A stretch of DNA of 64,000 bases from an uncultured bacterium (GTDB lineage: Bacteria; Verrucomicrobiota; Verrucomicrobiia; Verrucomicrobiales; DEV007). The stretch lies in contig CAXBMO010000015.1 in NCBI GenBank assembly GCA_963977015.1, positions 64,001 to 128,000 on the forward strand, given 5' to 3'. Below the pieces are notes generated by a model, which was not told the DNA's origin, did no database searches, and saw only the letters and a program-made list of their open reading frames with translations. Shown piece by piece: positions 9,571 through 19,492 of this stretch (the stretch's first letter is position 1; each line of letters starts with the position of its first letter). A program made the translations under genes and the position numbers.

Positions 9571-10092
9571 ATGAAGGCAATCTTCACTCAGTCCGTTCTA
9601 CTCTTGGGAATATCGACGCTTTTTTCGGGAGAAAGCAGGGCCGAAGACTTCGATCGCGTCAATGCAACGAAACTGAATGGAGTCACTGCGATTGACCAAT
9701 TCGGAAAAACTCATCGATTTCAGTTTCCCACTCGCCGCCCCGTGCTCGTCACAACGGCGGGACAACGCGGATCCCGGGACATTGAATCCTGGATTCGCCC
9801 AATCGGGGAAGAATTCTACGGCAAGGTCGAGATCATCGGCATCGCTCAACTCGAGGGCGTCCCGGCTTCGCTGCGGGGCCCGCTTCGCAAGCTCATCGCG
9901 ATGCATTCCGCCAACCACCCCGTTCTCCTGGATTGGAATGGCGAGCTTTGCCGACTGTTTCCCTACTCGAAAAACACGGTGTCAGTTTCCCTGCTCGACC
10001 AAAACGGAACCGGCGTCTGGGCGGCAACCGGAAAGGTCACCCCAGCCGAGCTGGAAGAGCTACGCCAGCAGCTGCGGAAAATGGTCCGCTAG
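9571..10092 (+). CDS. Exported hypothetical protein, thioredoxin-like fold
   Basis: Signal peptide from ATG 9571; DQFGKTH...VLLDW.G pattern; no CxxC. Confidence 0.65.
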   Translation: MKAIFTQSVLLLGISTLFSGESRAEDFDRVNATKLNGVTAIDQFGKTHRFQFPTRRPVLVTTAGQRGSRDIESWIRPIGEEFYGKVEIIGIAQLEGVPASLRGPLRKLIAMHSANHPVLLDWNGELCRLFPYSKNTVSVSLLDQNGTGVWAATGKVTPAELEELRQQLRKMVR

Positions 10093-10094
10093 AT

Positions 10095-10943
10095 TTAGTG
10101 CGACAGGAAAAGCGCAACTTTCCCGTAATCAATCAGGCTTGTCGCAAAGCTTCCGACGAAGGCGTCTTTGATGAACTTTCGTGAATGAATGCCGGATACG
10201 ATCAAATCCGCTTTTTCCAGCAACCCTTCTTTTTCGAGCGCTTCGAAGGCTGTGTCTGTCGACGTCACGACGTCAAAATCATTGATGTCGTGAGACCGAA
10301 GGTAACTCGCCGCACTCTCGATCGAATGCTTGGCGTGCTCTTCGTCTTTGTCCGCACAAAACAGTGTGTAGTTGAACTCGAAAGGCTTGGCAAATGCCAC
10401 GAAATCCCTCAGGGCGCGGGCGGAATTGAAACTTCCGTCATAGGCCACGACCACGTTTTTGATCGGGGCGGGCTCGGAATTCGGAACCGCCAAAACCGGT
10501 GTCACGGTTCGATCCAGAATTTTGACGAGGGAGTCGCCGGGAGTGTCGCGGGTCTCAAAATGGAAAAACGTCCGCAACCCCACCACGATCAGATCGAACA
10601 GAGCCGACGCTTCGAGGATCAGGTTGGGAGGCAATCCTTCCACCAGAACTTCCTGGTGAGTGGTATGAAGCGAGTCACACGTTTCCGCAAACCGCTTTTC
10701 AACGTCTTCGATCTCCTCTTTGGCTTCTTCCAGAGCGCTCGACATCGCATCGATCACTGCCGGCCAATTCTGCATCTCCAACGGAGCAATGTAGGAGCGA
10801 ATCTCGGGTGAATCGAGAACGACCAATCCCTCGACTTGGGCGTAATGTGCCTTGGCGACATCGCAGGCTCGCAAGGTTGCGGCAGTCGAATAATCGGACG
10901 GATCAAGGGGAACCAGAATGCGCTGAATGGATGAGTGATTCAT
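10095..10943 (-). CDS. Universal stress protein (tandem USP domains)
   Basis: RILVPLD.S, DLIVVG, VVVAYDGSFNSARAL, FVGS. Confidence 0.9.
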   Translation of the reverse strand: MNHSSIQRILVPLDPSDYSTAATLRACDVAKAHYAQVEGLVVLDSPEIRSYIAPLEMQNWPAVIDAMSSALEEAKEEIEDVEKRFAETCDSLHTTHQEVLVEGLPPNLILEASALFDLIVVGLRTFFHFETRDTPGDSLVKILDRTVTPVLAVPNSEPAPIKNVVVAYDGSFNSARALRDFVAFAKPFEFNYTLFCADKDEEHAKHSIESAASYLRSHDINDFDVVTSTDTAFEALEKEGLLEKADLIVSGIHSRKFIKDAFVGSFATSLIDYGKVALFLSH

Positions 10944-11057
10944 AATCTTAGTGTTCGTAAATTCGGCGTGGGTTGCCTCACGTTGGTAGCGGTTGACGGA
11001 ACAGTCTTTGTCCCACCGATCCCAGTGACGCTCAACTCGTTTTTTTGCATCAAATCA

Positions 11058-11570
11058 TCAGCTACCATAACCTGGAAACTCGGACTTGTATGCGACATCG
11101 AGATACTCCACCAAATCAATTAGCTGCTGTATGGTCATCGACTCCGTCAACTTCGGCATGAACGGCTCAACGTCCTCTGCTCCCGGAGTCTGCTGCAACA
11201 AGGCGCGATAGCGTTCCGTCATCACATGACGCGGATTGGTAATCGCCGTGATCAGATCCTCGTAGCGCTTCACAAACCGCATTTCATCGCCGAGTTGCAA
11301 TTCCAGACGCGCGTCTGCCGGCTGTTTCGCCTCGGAGCCTTTCACCGAATGGCATTGAACGCAGACCAGTTGACTGAATACCATTTCTCCCCGGTCGGGA
11401 TCTCCTCCGAGGAACCGGAACGGAGCATGTTCCTGGGATGGATCGACCAGTTCTTTTTCGCCCGCTTCGGGCCCCGGTGCTGCATTCGCGACGGCCAGCA
11501 CTCCTGTTGAGACAAGTAGAACGAGACGAATGATCGACTTCATCAGCCGGGCAGGGTGGAAGTTTTTCAC
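11058..11570 (-). CDS. Exported c-type cytochrome
   Basis: Signal peptide; GDPDRG...CVQCH. Confidence 0.8.
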   Translation of the reverse strand: MKNFHPARLMKSIIRLVLLVSTGVLAVANAAPGPEAGEKELVDPSQEHAPFRFLGGDPDRGEMVFSQLVCVQCHSVKGSEAKQPADARLELQLGDEMRFVKRYEDLITAITNPRHVMTERYRALLQQTPGAEDVEPFMPKLTESMTIQQLIDLVEYLDVAYKSEFPGYGS

Positions 11571-11574
11571 GGTC

Positions 11575-11922
11575 TTAGCTGGCTTCCTTTTTCTTCTGAC
11601 AATCGATACAGAGCGAAACCGATGGTTTGGCCATTAAACGCTCGATTGGAATCTCGGTTCCACATTGGAGACAATTCTCGTAGGTCCCTTCGACAAGGCG
11701 CTGCAACGCGAGATCAACTTTCGCAATCAGGTAGGCGTCGTCCATGCTCAATTGATGCTCAACGATGCGCTCGGCTTCCAATTCCGCTCGCTCAGCAAAG
11801 TCGGCTCCCACCTCAAAGGTCGTTCGTTCTTCGCGACGACGAAGCGCGCCGATCTCACCCACGATTTCATCGCGTTCCTCAAGGAGTTGCTTTCGAATCT
11901 GGTCTTTCTGCTCTTCAGTCAT
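11575..11922 (-). CDS. TraR/DksA C4 zinc-finger protein
   Basis: ALQRL..GTY..CLQCG..IP.ERL.A.P...LCIDCQ; start taken at ATG 11922. Confidence 0.88.
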   Translation of the reverse strand: MTEEQKDQIRKQLLEERDEIVGEIGALRRREERTTFEVGADFAERAELEAERIVEHQLSMDDAYLIAKVDLALQRLVEGTYENCLQCGTEIPIERLMAKPSVSLCIDCQKKKEAS

Positions 11923-11935
11923 GAATTCGTTTTGC

Positions 11936-12586
11936 TTAAGGTTGGGCATCTGGTTCACCGTCCAGCCGCGTGGTGATGAACGCTGCGATGTTTCTGATAT
12001 CGCGAGGCCGCCAGAGACGCTTGGCCATGGCATGCATCGCGACTGAATCCAAATTTTGTGGATCAGCTTTGCGCTCTCCGCGCCTGAATCGCTGAACCTG
12101 CTCGATCAGGTACCAATCCTGAAAACCGTGAAGCGGCGGACTCTCCTTCGCCGCATTTCCTTCTGCCGCGGAACCATGGCACTCGGCACAGAGATTGGCA
12201 TAAAGAACCTGACCCCGCTCGATATCACCAACAACACTGTGGGCCGCACGACGCGGAGGCAACGCGGCTACGTAGGCTGCCAGATCCCGAAACAACTCGT
12301 CGTCCAGTTCCACAGCCTCGCGATGCATGAAGTAGACGTTTTCATCGTCCGTCCCCCCACGCATGCCTTCACGATACTTGGCGATCTGCTGCATGAAGTA
12401 GTAGTCCGGCAACCCGGCGATGGCGGGTCCTCTGCCTTCGTCATAGCCCTGGCCATCCTGGCCGTGGCAGGACGCACATTCGTTCTTCCAGAAATGGAGC
12501 GTCCGAAACTCCCTCTCGTCGTCATCCTGAGCAACGGTAGGGAGAATGAGGCAGATCCAGAAGAAAAGGAAAACCATTCGCATCAT
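11936..12586 (-). CDS. Di-heme cytochrome c4-like protein
   Basis: Signal peptide; CASCHG and CAECHG. Confidence 0.88.
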   Translation of the reverse strand: MMRMVFLFFWICLILPTVAQDDDEREFRTLHFWKNECASCHGQDGQGYDEGRGPAIAGLPDYYFMQQIAKYREGMRGGTDDENVYFMHREAVELDDELFRDLAAYVAALPPRRAAHSVVGDIERGQVLYANLCAECHGSAAEGNAAKESPPLHGFQDWYLIEQVQRFRRGERKADPQNLDSVAMHAMAKRLWRPRDIRNIAAFITTRLDGEPDAQP

Positions 12587-12682
12587 CTATGAATGACACG
12601 TTTGGCGAACTTTGACTTCACCGCGATTGCGAAGGTATGCGCGAATCTTGCGACTGTTGTCGTCGACGCAATCCCAACAAAA

Positions 12683-12970
12683 TCAGCCAACCGGGTGAAA
12701 AACCCAAATGCGCTTCACGTATTCGCCATACACGACCCAACTCGGCTCCTCGGTCAGCAATTGGGGACGAAGCGCAACGAATTCCAGATCCTCGAATTTC
12801 TTCTCGCGGGATGGAACCTGAACCGAGCCGCCTCCCGGCGCCACGTCCGTATCGGTTTCCATCACCTGGAGTTTAATCACGAACCAAACCGCCACGGCGA
12901 TCGCCAAGGCTGCCAGCTTCGCTTTCCAGTCGTGGAGGAACAGATTCTTCAGAAGGCGTGTCAGTTTCAT
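12683..12970 (-). CDS. Small membrane protein resembling the CdaR/YbbR N-terminus
   Basis: DWKAKLAALAIAVAVW TM helix directly downstream of cdaA; overlaps cdaA. Confidence 0.5.
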   Translation of the reverse strand: MKLTRLLKNLFLHDWKAKLAALAIAVAVWFVIKLQVMETDTDVAPGGGSVQVPSREKKFEDLEFVALRPQLLTEEPSWVVYGEYVKRIWVFHPVG

Positions 12971-13736
12971 TCGGCAATAAAAGTTCGTAAAGGCGACGGT
13001 GGAACGCTTCGTCACTCAAATTCTGTTCGAGCTTGCCATCGACGGCAATGGAAAGATTCCCAGTTTCCTCAGAAACAACCAGGGCAATCGCGTCAGACTC
13101 ATCACTCACGCCCATCGCCGCGCGATGTCGCAATCCAATGCTGCGATCCGAAAGCTCTTTCTGCGAAACCGGAAACACGCAACCCGCACCTTCAATCCGC
13201 TCATCGACCACCCGAAAAATCACACCGCCATCGTGCAGCGCCGCCTTGGGATGAAAAATCGCCAGCATGATCTCCGGCGTCAGCTTTGCATCCAGCTCAA
13301 CCCCAGTATCGAGCAGGTGCTTCAGGCTGATTCCCCGTTCAATCGCGATCAAGGCCCCAATTCGGCGTTTCGAGAGAATCTGGGCGACTTCCGCCAGTTC
13401 GTCGACCGTCTCGCGACGTTGTGCGATCAAAAACGAACTGAATCGGCTTCCCAGCTCCGCCAAACCGCGTCGCAATTCCGGCTGGAACAGGATGATGAGG
13501 GCAATGGCCAGCAAGGCCGAAAAGCTTTTCACCAACCATTCGATGACTTCCAACTGGAGATAGCGCGAAAGCAGCGTCAGTCCGATGATGACGAGAAGCA
13601 GGCCGATCAAGATCCGTGCAGCCCGGGTCGCCCGGAAGTAAATGTACCCCTGGTAAACGATGACCGCGAGAATCAGAATCTCAACCGCGGCACGCCACCA
13701 GTCGGTTTCTTGAAGCAATTCAGCGAAAGGTTCCAT
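12873..13736 (-). CDS. cdaA: Diadenylate cyclase
   Basis: Three N-terminal TM helices, FQPELRR, GALI, LHDGG, GLRHRAA, VVSEETG. Confidence 0.95.
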   Translation of the reverse strand: MEPFAELLQETDWWRAAVEILILAVIVYQGYIYFRATRAARILIGLLLVIIGLTLLSRYLQLEVIEWLVKSFSALLAIALIILFQPELRRGLAELGSRFSSFLIAQRRETVDELAEVAQILSKRRIGALIAIERGISLKHLLDTGVELDAKLTPEIMLAIFHPKAALHDGGVIFRVVDERIEGAGCVFPVSQKELSDRSIGLRHRAAMGVSDESDAIALVVSEETGNLSIAVDGKLEQNLSDEAFHRRLYELLLPNETDTPSEESVPPRLESEAGSLGDRRGGLVRD

Positions 13737-13809
13737 GGAGCACCTGAAGTTTCGCGTCGAGGACGGTTGGGCGCAAGGCGATTATGGATGGATTGGCAAC
13801 TACGGTGAT

Positions 13810-14646
13810 TCAATCCCGCTTCAAGGCCTCCGCCAGCCTCATCGCATCCAGATTTGCCCGGACATCGTGAACGCGATGAATTCGGACGCCGGAAACGCTG
13901 GCCAACGCCGTGGTGGCCACGGTTGGAGCAAAACGGTTGCCCAAATCTGCATCGAGAAGCTTGCCGAAGAAGGACTTTCGGGAAACGCCAAGCAACAGTG
14001 GACGTTCGGCAACGGTCAATCGATCCAAATTGCGCAACAGCTCCAAGTTGTGTTCCAAGGTCTTTCCAAAGCCGATTCCGGGATCAAAAACGATCCGATC
14101 GCGATCAATCCCGGCGTTCTCAGCCACCTCAAGACGCTCGGCAAAGAATTCGCGGACTTCGCCCACAACATCGTCGTAGGCCGGTTCCTGCTGCATGGTC
14201 CGCGGTTGCCCCTGCATGTGCATCAGCACGACCCCGGCGTTGGTTTCCGCCGCGGTTTTCGCCATTTCCGGGTCCCCCCGGAACGCCGTCACGTCATTGA
14301 TGATCACCGCTCCTCGTTCGCAAGCCTGGCGCGCGATGGATGCCTTCGATGTATCAATCGATATCATCACGTTGGAATCATGGCCGCTCAACTGCTCGAT
14401 CACCGGCATCACTCGGCGCGCCTCTTCCTCCGCCGTCACCGCCTCAGCTCCCGGTCGCGTCGATTCTCCACCAATGTCGACAATCGCCGCTCCCTCGGAA
14501 ATCATCTCGTGAGCATGATTGATCGCCGCAACAATTTCCTCAAACCGGCCTCCGTCCGAAAACGAATCCGGAGTCACATTCAAAATGCCCATGATGAGCC
14601 CTTGTTCGGACAAATGGATGGTGTGGTTGCAGCAACGCCAGATCAT
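13810..14646 (-). CDS. folP: Dihydropteroate synthase
   Basis: MGILNVTPDSFSDGG, DIGGESTRPG, DPGIGFGK, SRKSF, RVHDV; start taken at ATG 14646. Confidence 0.96.
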   Translation of the reverse strand: MIWRCCNHTIHLSEQGLIMGILNVTPDSFSDGGRFEEIVAAINHAHEMISEGAAIVDIGGESTRPGAEAVTAEEEARRVMPVIEQLSGHDSNVMISIDTSKASIARQACERGAVIINDVTAFRGDPEMAKTAAETNAGVVLMHMQGQPRTMQQEPAYDDVVGEVREFFAERLEVAENAGIDRDRIVFDPGIGFGKTLEHNLELLRNLDRLTVAERPLLLGVSRKSFFGKLLDADLGNRFAPTVATTALASVSGVRIHRVHDVRANLDAMRLAEALKRD

Positions 14647-14758
14647 TGAAATCACGATAAAGCGCAAAACCTGCGAATTCCCAAAAGAATTAGCCAAAAG
14701 GCTGAAGGAGTTCCGCTTGCTCTTTCGTCGGATAATTTTTACAATGCTGGTCCCGACC

Positions 14759-15415
14759 ATGAAATTCCCTCCCAAAGCTTTCCCTTGCCTGTTCGCAGGA
14801 TTCGTTGCGTTCGTATTCACCGGCGGACCCGTCTGCGCCCAACAGGGAAGCCAGCGCGAAGGGGGACCTTTTGTCCGCATGGTACGCCACAATGACGGCA
14901 GCCGCACCGTGACGGCAAGATCGGAGCTCGACCCCGGCTCCTCTCTCAATCTCGGGAAATCGCAGACGATCTCGACCTACGATCCCGAAGGAGACCTGCG
15001 CCTGAAACGCATTTACCAGCTCAACAAATACGGAAAGCCGGAAACGTTTATCATCTCCGACGGTGCGGGCCGGCCCTTGGTCGAGGGATTGTTCACCTAC
15101 GATTTGCAGAACCGGCTCGAGAAGGAAGAACTCTTCGAATTGCCCTCCAAACGCCCGTTGCGAACCCAGATTCACAGCTACACCGCTGGGAATTACGGAA
15201 CCGTAAGGACCGTGAATCACGGCCCGCTTCCCCCGGAATTGCTGCGTTGGATGGATCCGGACGGAAACGTGGCCGGCGTAAAATCGGAGGAAACCAGTGA
15301 TAGCTGCAGCGTGTGGAACCTGGGGGCACGCAAGAAATCCCAGCAAAACGCAGCGGGAGACGGCAACGAGGATGAAGGCGGACTCTTCAGTCGCTTTCGG
15401 AAGAAGAAGAAATGA
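14759..15415 (+). CDS. Exported hypothetical protein
   Basis: Signal-peptide-like N-terminus; stop overlaps next ATG (ATGA); start uncertain (14744 or 14759). Confidence 0.6.
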   Translation: MKFPPKAFPCLFAGFVAFVFTGGPVCAQQGSQREGGPFVRMVRHNDGSRTVTARSELDPGSSLNLGKSQTISTYDPEGDLRLKRIYQLNKYGKPETFIISDGAGRPLVEGLFTYDLQNRLEKEELFELPSKRPLRTQIHSYTAGNYGTVRTVNHGPLPPELLRWMDPDGNVAGVKSEETSDSCSVWNLGARKKSQQNAAGDGNEDEGGLFSRFRKKKK

Positions 15416-15642
15416 TTTCGGGACCCGCGAGGGATTTGGTCTCGATTCTTCTCGTCGCGATCGCGATTGGCGGATGCTGCTACGGCCTCTATTGGCGCCT
15501 CCAGGCAGGCGCAAACCAGGCCAACGTGAACAACGATCAACAGATCCTCGACCTTTACCGCAAGCTCGAACAGGTCGAAGCGGTCAATGACCGCCTTCTG
15601 GAGCGAATCGCCGAATTGGAGCAGTCCGAACCGGCAAAATAA
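15412..15642 (+). CDS. Small membrane-anchored coiled-coil protein
   Basis: N-terminal TM segment and heptad tail; ATGA-coupled to the upstream ORF. Confidence 0.6.
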   Translation: MISGPARDLVSILLVAIAIGGCCYGLYWRLQAGANQANVNNDQQILDLYRKLEQVEAVNDRLLERIAELEQSEPAK

Positions 15643-15764
15643 GTTTTTGAAATTTCCCCGGATTGATCGCTTTTTGACCGAAAAGGTAATAAATTACGCT
15701 TTCAAAAATCACCATAGGGTCGTATCAATATTCTAACAGGGGGCTTCCATGCACCCATCTTATT

Positions 15765-16346
15765 ATGAATACGATTGATATAGGAGGCTGTGGCAGGCTC
15801 TATCTGTCAAAATCTGGGAAGTGGCTCATTGGGGCTGTTTTACTGGGAATTGGGTTTTCAACTTCAACCGGGTGGGCGCAATCTTCGGAAACGCGCTTTG
15901 GCTTTGTCGAGAGGCAGGCCGGATTCAGCCAGGGATATGGCGTCTATAGCACCACTGCATTCCCTGCGGTAAACACCTACGGCTTTAAACATGCCGCCCT
16001 CGCCGTTGAGAAGGGGAAGAAAGTCGCGTTGCTCAGTAGCAGCGGATCGTCCCTCCCTTCCAGCAACGTCAATACCGGAGCAAGCGTTCCTCCACCAAAC
16101 TTGATGGTGGTTTCCGGCCGATCGGCCAGCTCGGCTTCCCGGGCAGCAACGACGTCGGCACCGCGCCGCAGGTTATTTGCCCGAAACACCGAAAGCGGCG
16201 TCAGCAAGGACGGGTTCTACATCCTTTCCAGAACGAATGGCAACCCGCCGAAATCTCAAACAGCGAACGTTCGTTCCACCACCACTTATTCGGAAAGCCC
16301 GGCTAAAAAGAGACTCGGCCTGAGAAATCTTTTCCGGCGGCGCTAA
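15765..16346 (+). CDS. Exported Ser-rich hypothetical protein
   Basis: Hydrophobic N-terminus; followed by an intrinsic terminator. Confidence 0.55.
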   Translation: MNTIDIGGCGRLYLSKSGKWLIGAVLLGIGFSTSTGWAQSSETRFGFVERQAGFSQGYGVYSTTAFPAVNTYGFKHAALAVEKGKKVALLSSSGSSLPSSNVNTGASVPPPNLMVVSGRSASSASRAATTSAPRRRLFARNTESGVSKDGFYILSRTNGNPPKSQTANVRSTTTYSESPAKKRLGLRNLFRRR

Positions 16347-16376
16347 GTCGCCACGTGTTGTTGACTTGAAGTTTAC

Positions 16377-16410
16377 AAGTGCTGGTAGCGAAAGCTGCCA
16401 GCACTTTTTT
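16377..16410 (+). terminator. Intrinsic terminator
   Basis: AAGTGCTGGTAGC-GAAA-GCTGCCAGCACTT followed by a T-run. Confidence 0.85.
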
Positions 16411-16436
16411 GTTGGGATCTTTGCGAGAGCCTCGTC

Positions 16437-16641
16437 AGAGCATTTAAAGTGAACTTGTAGCCAATGAAAATGACTGGGATCCAGAAAGAGTGCGGCTTCG
16501 CCGAAGGAAGAGTGACAGCGGAATCTTTGGCTTCCTGCTGCGTTCTTGCTCGGTCACAGAGCAAGCTCTGCTCCCTCACAACGCCTTGTAGGAAGCCAAA
16601 TCTCCTCGCTGCATTGGCTACACCTCCACTTGATATGCTCT
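16437..16641. repeat. 205-nt nested palindromic element (MITE/REP-like or structured ncRNA)
   Basis: Nested inverted pairs AGAGCAT/ATGCTCT, TGTAGCCAATG/CATTGGCTACA, TTTGGCTTCCT/AGGAAGCCAAA, CTTGCTC/GAGCAAG. Confidence 0.7.
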
Positions 16642-16672
16642 AATAACCACCAATCCAACTCCAATTCTCCCC

Positions 16673-17335
16673 GTGCCAACATTTGACGCAATCATCTTCG
16701 ATATGGATGGGCTGCTCATCGATACCGAGCGAAAATCGAGAGCCGCCTGGCAATCCGCCGCCACTTCCATTGGGAAAACCCTAACCAATGAGCTCTATCT
16801 CGACATGGTGGGTCGAACCACCCCCAGTTGCCTTCAGGTCCTCGAAGAAGCATTTGGATGCGACCTGAAAAACAGCGGATTTCATCAAAAGGTCGAGCAC
16901 CACTATTACACCAGCATTTTCAAAGAAGGGATCGAAGTCAAAACGGGAGTGCCCTCCCTGCTTCAGGAGCTGCGCATCCGGGAAATCCCGCGTGCGGTTG
17001 CAACTTCGACCAATCGCCAGATTGCGCTCCGCAAGTTGAGAATCACGGAGCTGGACACCTTCTTTGCAGTGGTTTGTTCCGGAGAAGATGTGGCCCGCTC
17101 CAAACCCTTTCCCGATGTCTTTCTCGCCGCTGCGGAAGCGATTGGAGTCGCTCCGGAGCGGTGCCTCGTCCTGGAAGATTCCTTCGCCGGAGTTCGAGCC
17201 GCTCATGCCGCCGGGATGGCACCGATCATGATCCCGGATCTGCGCCAACCCGATTCAGAAATCGAAGCCCTGGCTTTCCACATCTTTCCGACCATGAGCG
17301 CGGCGGCTGACACGATTGTTGAGCTGGTGACCTAA
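16673..17335 (+). CDS. HAD-family phosphatase (beta-PGM-like)
   Basis: FDMDGLLIDTE, ATST, KPFPDVF, LEDS..GV.AA. Confidence 0.92.
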   Translation: MPTFDAIIFDMDGLLIDTERKSRAAWQSAATSIGKTLTNELYLDMVGRTTPSCLQVLEEAFGCDLKNSGFHQKVEHHYYTSIFKEGIEVKTGVPSLLQELRIREIPRAVATSTNRQIALRKLRITELDTFFAVVCSGEDVARSKPFPDVFLAAAEAIGVAPERCLVLEDSFAGVRAAHAAGMAPIMIPDLRQPDSEIEALAFHIFPTMSAAADTIVELVT

Positions 17336-17349
17336 CTCGGTGCGGAGCG

Positions 17350-17889
17350 CTATGCTTCCTTTTCCTCAAGCCGCGCAAGCAACCAACAAACATCCGACAA
17401 CCGGTTCAGGTGTTGTAGGATGGAGATGTTTTTGAAATCACCTTCGTCGATCCGCTCCGCAACGTGACGTTCGGCACGGCGACAGGCGGTTCTGGCGACA
17501 TCCAATGCGGCTCCGGCCGGCGATCCGGCTGCGCCAGGCACGGCCCAGGTCATAAAGCTGATTTCGTATTTTCCTTCCAACTCGGCCACCCAGGCATCCA
17601 GCTTCTCCACTGCGGCTTGCGTGATTCGTTGAAAGCCTTTTTCATCGAATTGTGGCAAGTCTTCGTCCAGGGTCGCGATTTCCCCCATCATAATTACGAG
17701 GTCGGCCTGGGTCTCGGCAATGCATTCGCCGGTCCAGGGATGCGTCGCGGCAACCCGGGCCATGCCCAACGCGGCGTTCAACTCATCAATAGCACCATTC
17801 GTCACCACCCGTGGATGGGTTTTGGAGACGCGGCGTCCAAACATCAGTCCGGTCTCGCCGGCGTCGCCTGTTCTCGTGGAAATGGACAT
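17350..17889 (-). CDS. ATP:cob(I)alamin adenosyltransferase (PduO type)
   Basis: MSISTRTGDAGETGL, G.IDELN, ART.CRRAER, LNRLSD. Confidence 0.93.
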   Translation of the reverse strand: MSISTRTGDAGETGLMFGRRVSKTHPRVVTNGAIDELNAALGMARVAATHPWTGECIAETQADLVIMMGEIATLDEDLPQFDEKGFQRITQAAVEKLDAWVAELEGKYEISFMTWAVPGAAGSPAGAALDVARTACRRAERHVAERIDEGDFKNISILQHLNRLSDVCWLLARLEEKEA

Positions 17890-17900
17890 TGGGCAGCTCG

Positions 17901-19280
17901 TTAGACGGTCAATTTGGAGAGCATCATCGATGCGAGATTGAGTACGAGGAAGAACCCGCACATGTCGGTCGCCGTTGTCAAAATGGGACCCGATGCTAGG
18001 GCCGGGTCGATTTTGAAACGTTTCAGAATGAGCGGGACCATCCCTCCAAGAAGAACGGACAGCATCGTATTGAGCGTGAGCGCGCCACCAACCACCAGCC
18101 CCAACCAGACATTGCTTTTCCAAAGCCCGGCGATGCTTCCGAGAATGAGGCCGAGAATCAATCCGTTGATGATCCCGAGAACGCCCTCCTTGAACACAAT
18201 CCGAAGATACTCCGTGGGTCGAATCAGGCCAAGCGTCAGTTCCCGAATGCTCACCGCGACTGCCTGGTTTCCTGAACACCCGCTCATGTCGGAAATGATC
18301 GGCAAAAAGATCGCCAGTGCGATCACTGCCTGCAGCGTATCTTCATGCATCGCAATGACACTCGCGGCAACCAGGTTGAGCACGATGTTTGGCGCAAGCC
18401 AGGCCAGCCGTCGGCGGGAGCGGAGAAACATCGGCATGCTCCGGAGTTCCTCACCCCCCACAATTCCGCTGACGTGAAGGTAGTCCTCGGTCTGGTGGTG
18501 CGCCGTCGCGTCAATCACCGACTGATGACTGATAACGCCTTTCAACACCTTCTCTCCATCGACGACGGGTAGACCAATGTAGGACTTCTCTTCAAAAATC
18601 GTCTTCAAGGCTTCAAAACTGTCGCTCACCGACGCAAAACTTGGGTTGGGCAGCATGATCTTCGTCACGGCGCGGTCTCCCGGGGTCATCACCAGATCCC
18701 GCAGTCGCAGGACGCCCTTGAGTTCCCCTTCATCCCCGACCACATACACATACTGCACGTCCAAGTCTTTGTAGCGGTCTGCGTTCTTGCCCAATTCCTT
18801 CACCACATCTGCAACCGTCAGGCTATCGCGAACCGCGGCATAGGAATCCGACATGAGTCCGCCCGCGGTATCCCAAGGGTAGTTGGAACGTTCGCGAAGA
18901 TTGTCCGCCTCGACCGAATCGTCCATCTCCGCGAGAAGCGCTTCGGAGTCGTCGTTGTCCATCTCGCGCAGGAGATCGGCCCCAACGTCATCGGGCAGTT
19001 GCTCAACGATGTCGGCAGCTGCGGAAGCCGCAATGTCTTCAAGAATGTCCTTCGCCTGAACTTCGGGAAGGTGCTCCAGAAGTTCTGCGGCAACCTCCGG
19101 TTCCAGCAACTCAACCAGTTGATTCCGGCTTTCATCGTTGAGGTGAGCGATCAGGTGGCGTTGATCCTCCGCAGAAAGCCCCTCCAGAATCTCAGTGATC
19201 CGGAATTGATCATCGCTCTCTACAAGTTTGGTGAGTTCATCCCAGAGGCGAACCTCTTCATGTTCGGTGGCAGTCGGCAT
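17901..19280 (-). CDS. mgtE: Magnesium transporter MgtE
   Basis: Acidic N-domain, tandem CBS (TAGGLM), TM domain with SG.SGNQ and DPALASGP..TT..D. Confidence 0.95.
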   Translation of the reverse strand: MPTATEHEEVRLWDELTKLVESDDQFRITEILEGLSAEDQRHLIAHLNDESRNQLVELLEPEVAAELLEHLPEVQAKDILEDIAASAAADIVEQLPDDVGADLLREMDNDDSEALLAEMDDSVEADNLRERSNYPWDTAGGLMSDSYAAVRDSLTVADVVKELGKNADRYKDLDVQYVYVVGDEGELKGVLRLRDLVMTPGDRAVTKIMLPNPSFASVSDSFEALKTIFEEKSYIGLPVVDGEKVLKGVISHQSVIDATAHHQTEDYLHVSGIVGGEELRSMPMFLRSRRRLAWLAPNIVLNLVAASVIAMHEDTLQAVIALAIFLPIISDMSGCSGNQAVAVSIRELTLGLIRPTEYLRIVFKEGVLGIINGLILGLILGSIAGLWKSNVWLGLVVGGALTLNTMLSVLLGGMVPLILKRFKIDPALASGPILTTATDMCGFFLVLNLASMMLSKLTV

Positions 19281-19492
19281 CGTGTTCGAAGGGCAAAAAG
19301 CTCAAGCGCGTGGGCTCCCATCGGGTTGAACCAAGCCATCGCGCTCATTTGGCTGTGCTACGTTGCACGAACATCCCGGCGATTCCAACGAATCAGCCGA
19401 CGGATTCCTCCCCCTGTTGCCGGGAGAGCTGGCGCGTGTTTTGGCTTCTCACTTGCACCTCCGGTTCGCCTGTTCATAGTTCGCGGCTCATC

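Noticed and set aside
13735-14649. 304-aa plus-strand ORF
   Set aside because: Antisense shadow of folP
16373-16579. 68-aa minus-strand ORF
   Set aside because: Runs through a terminator and the palindromic element; non-coding structure explains the region better
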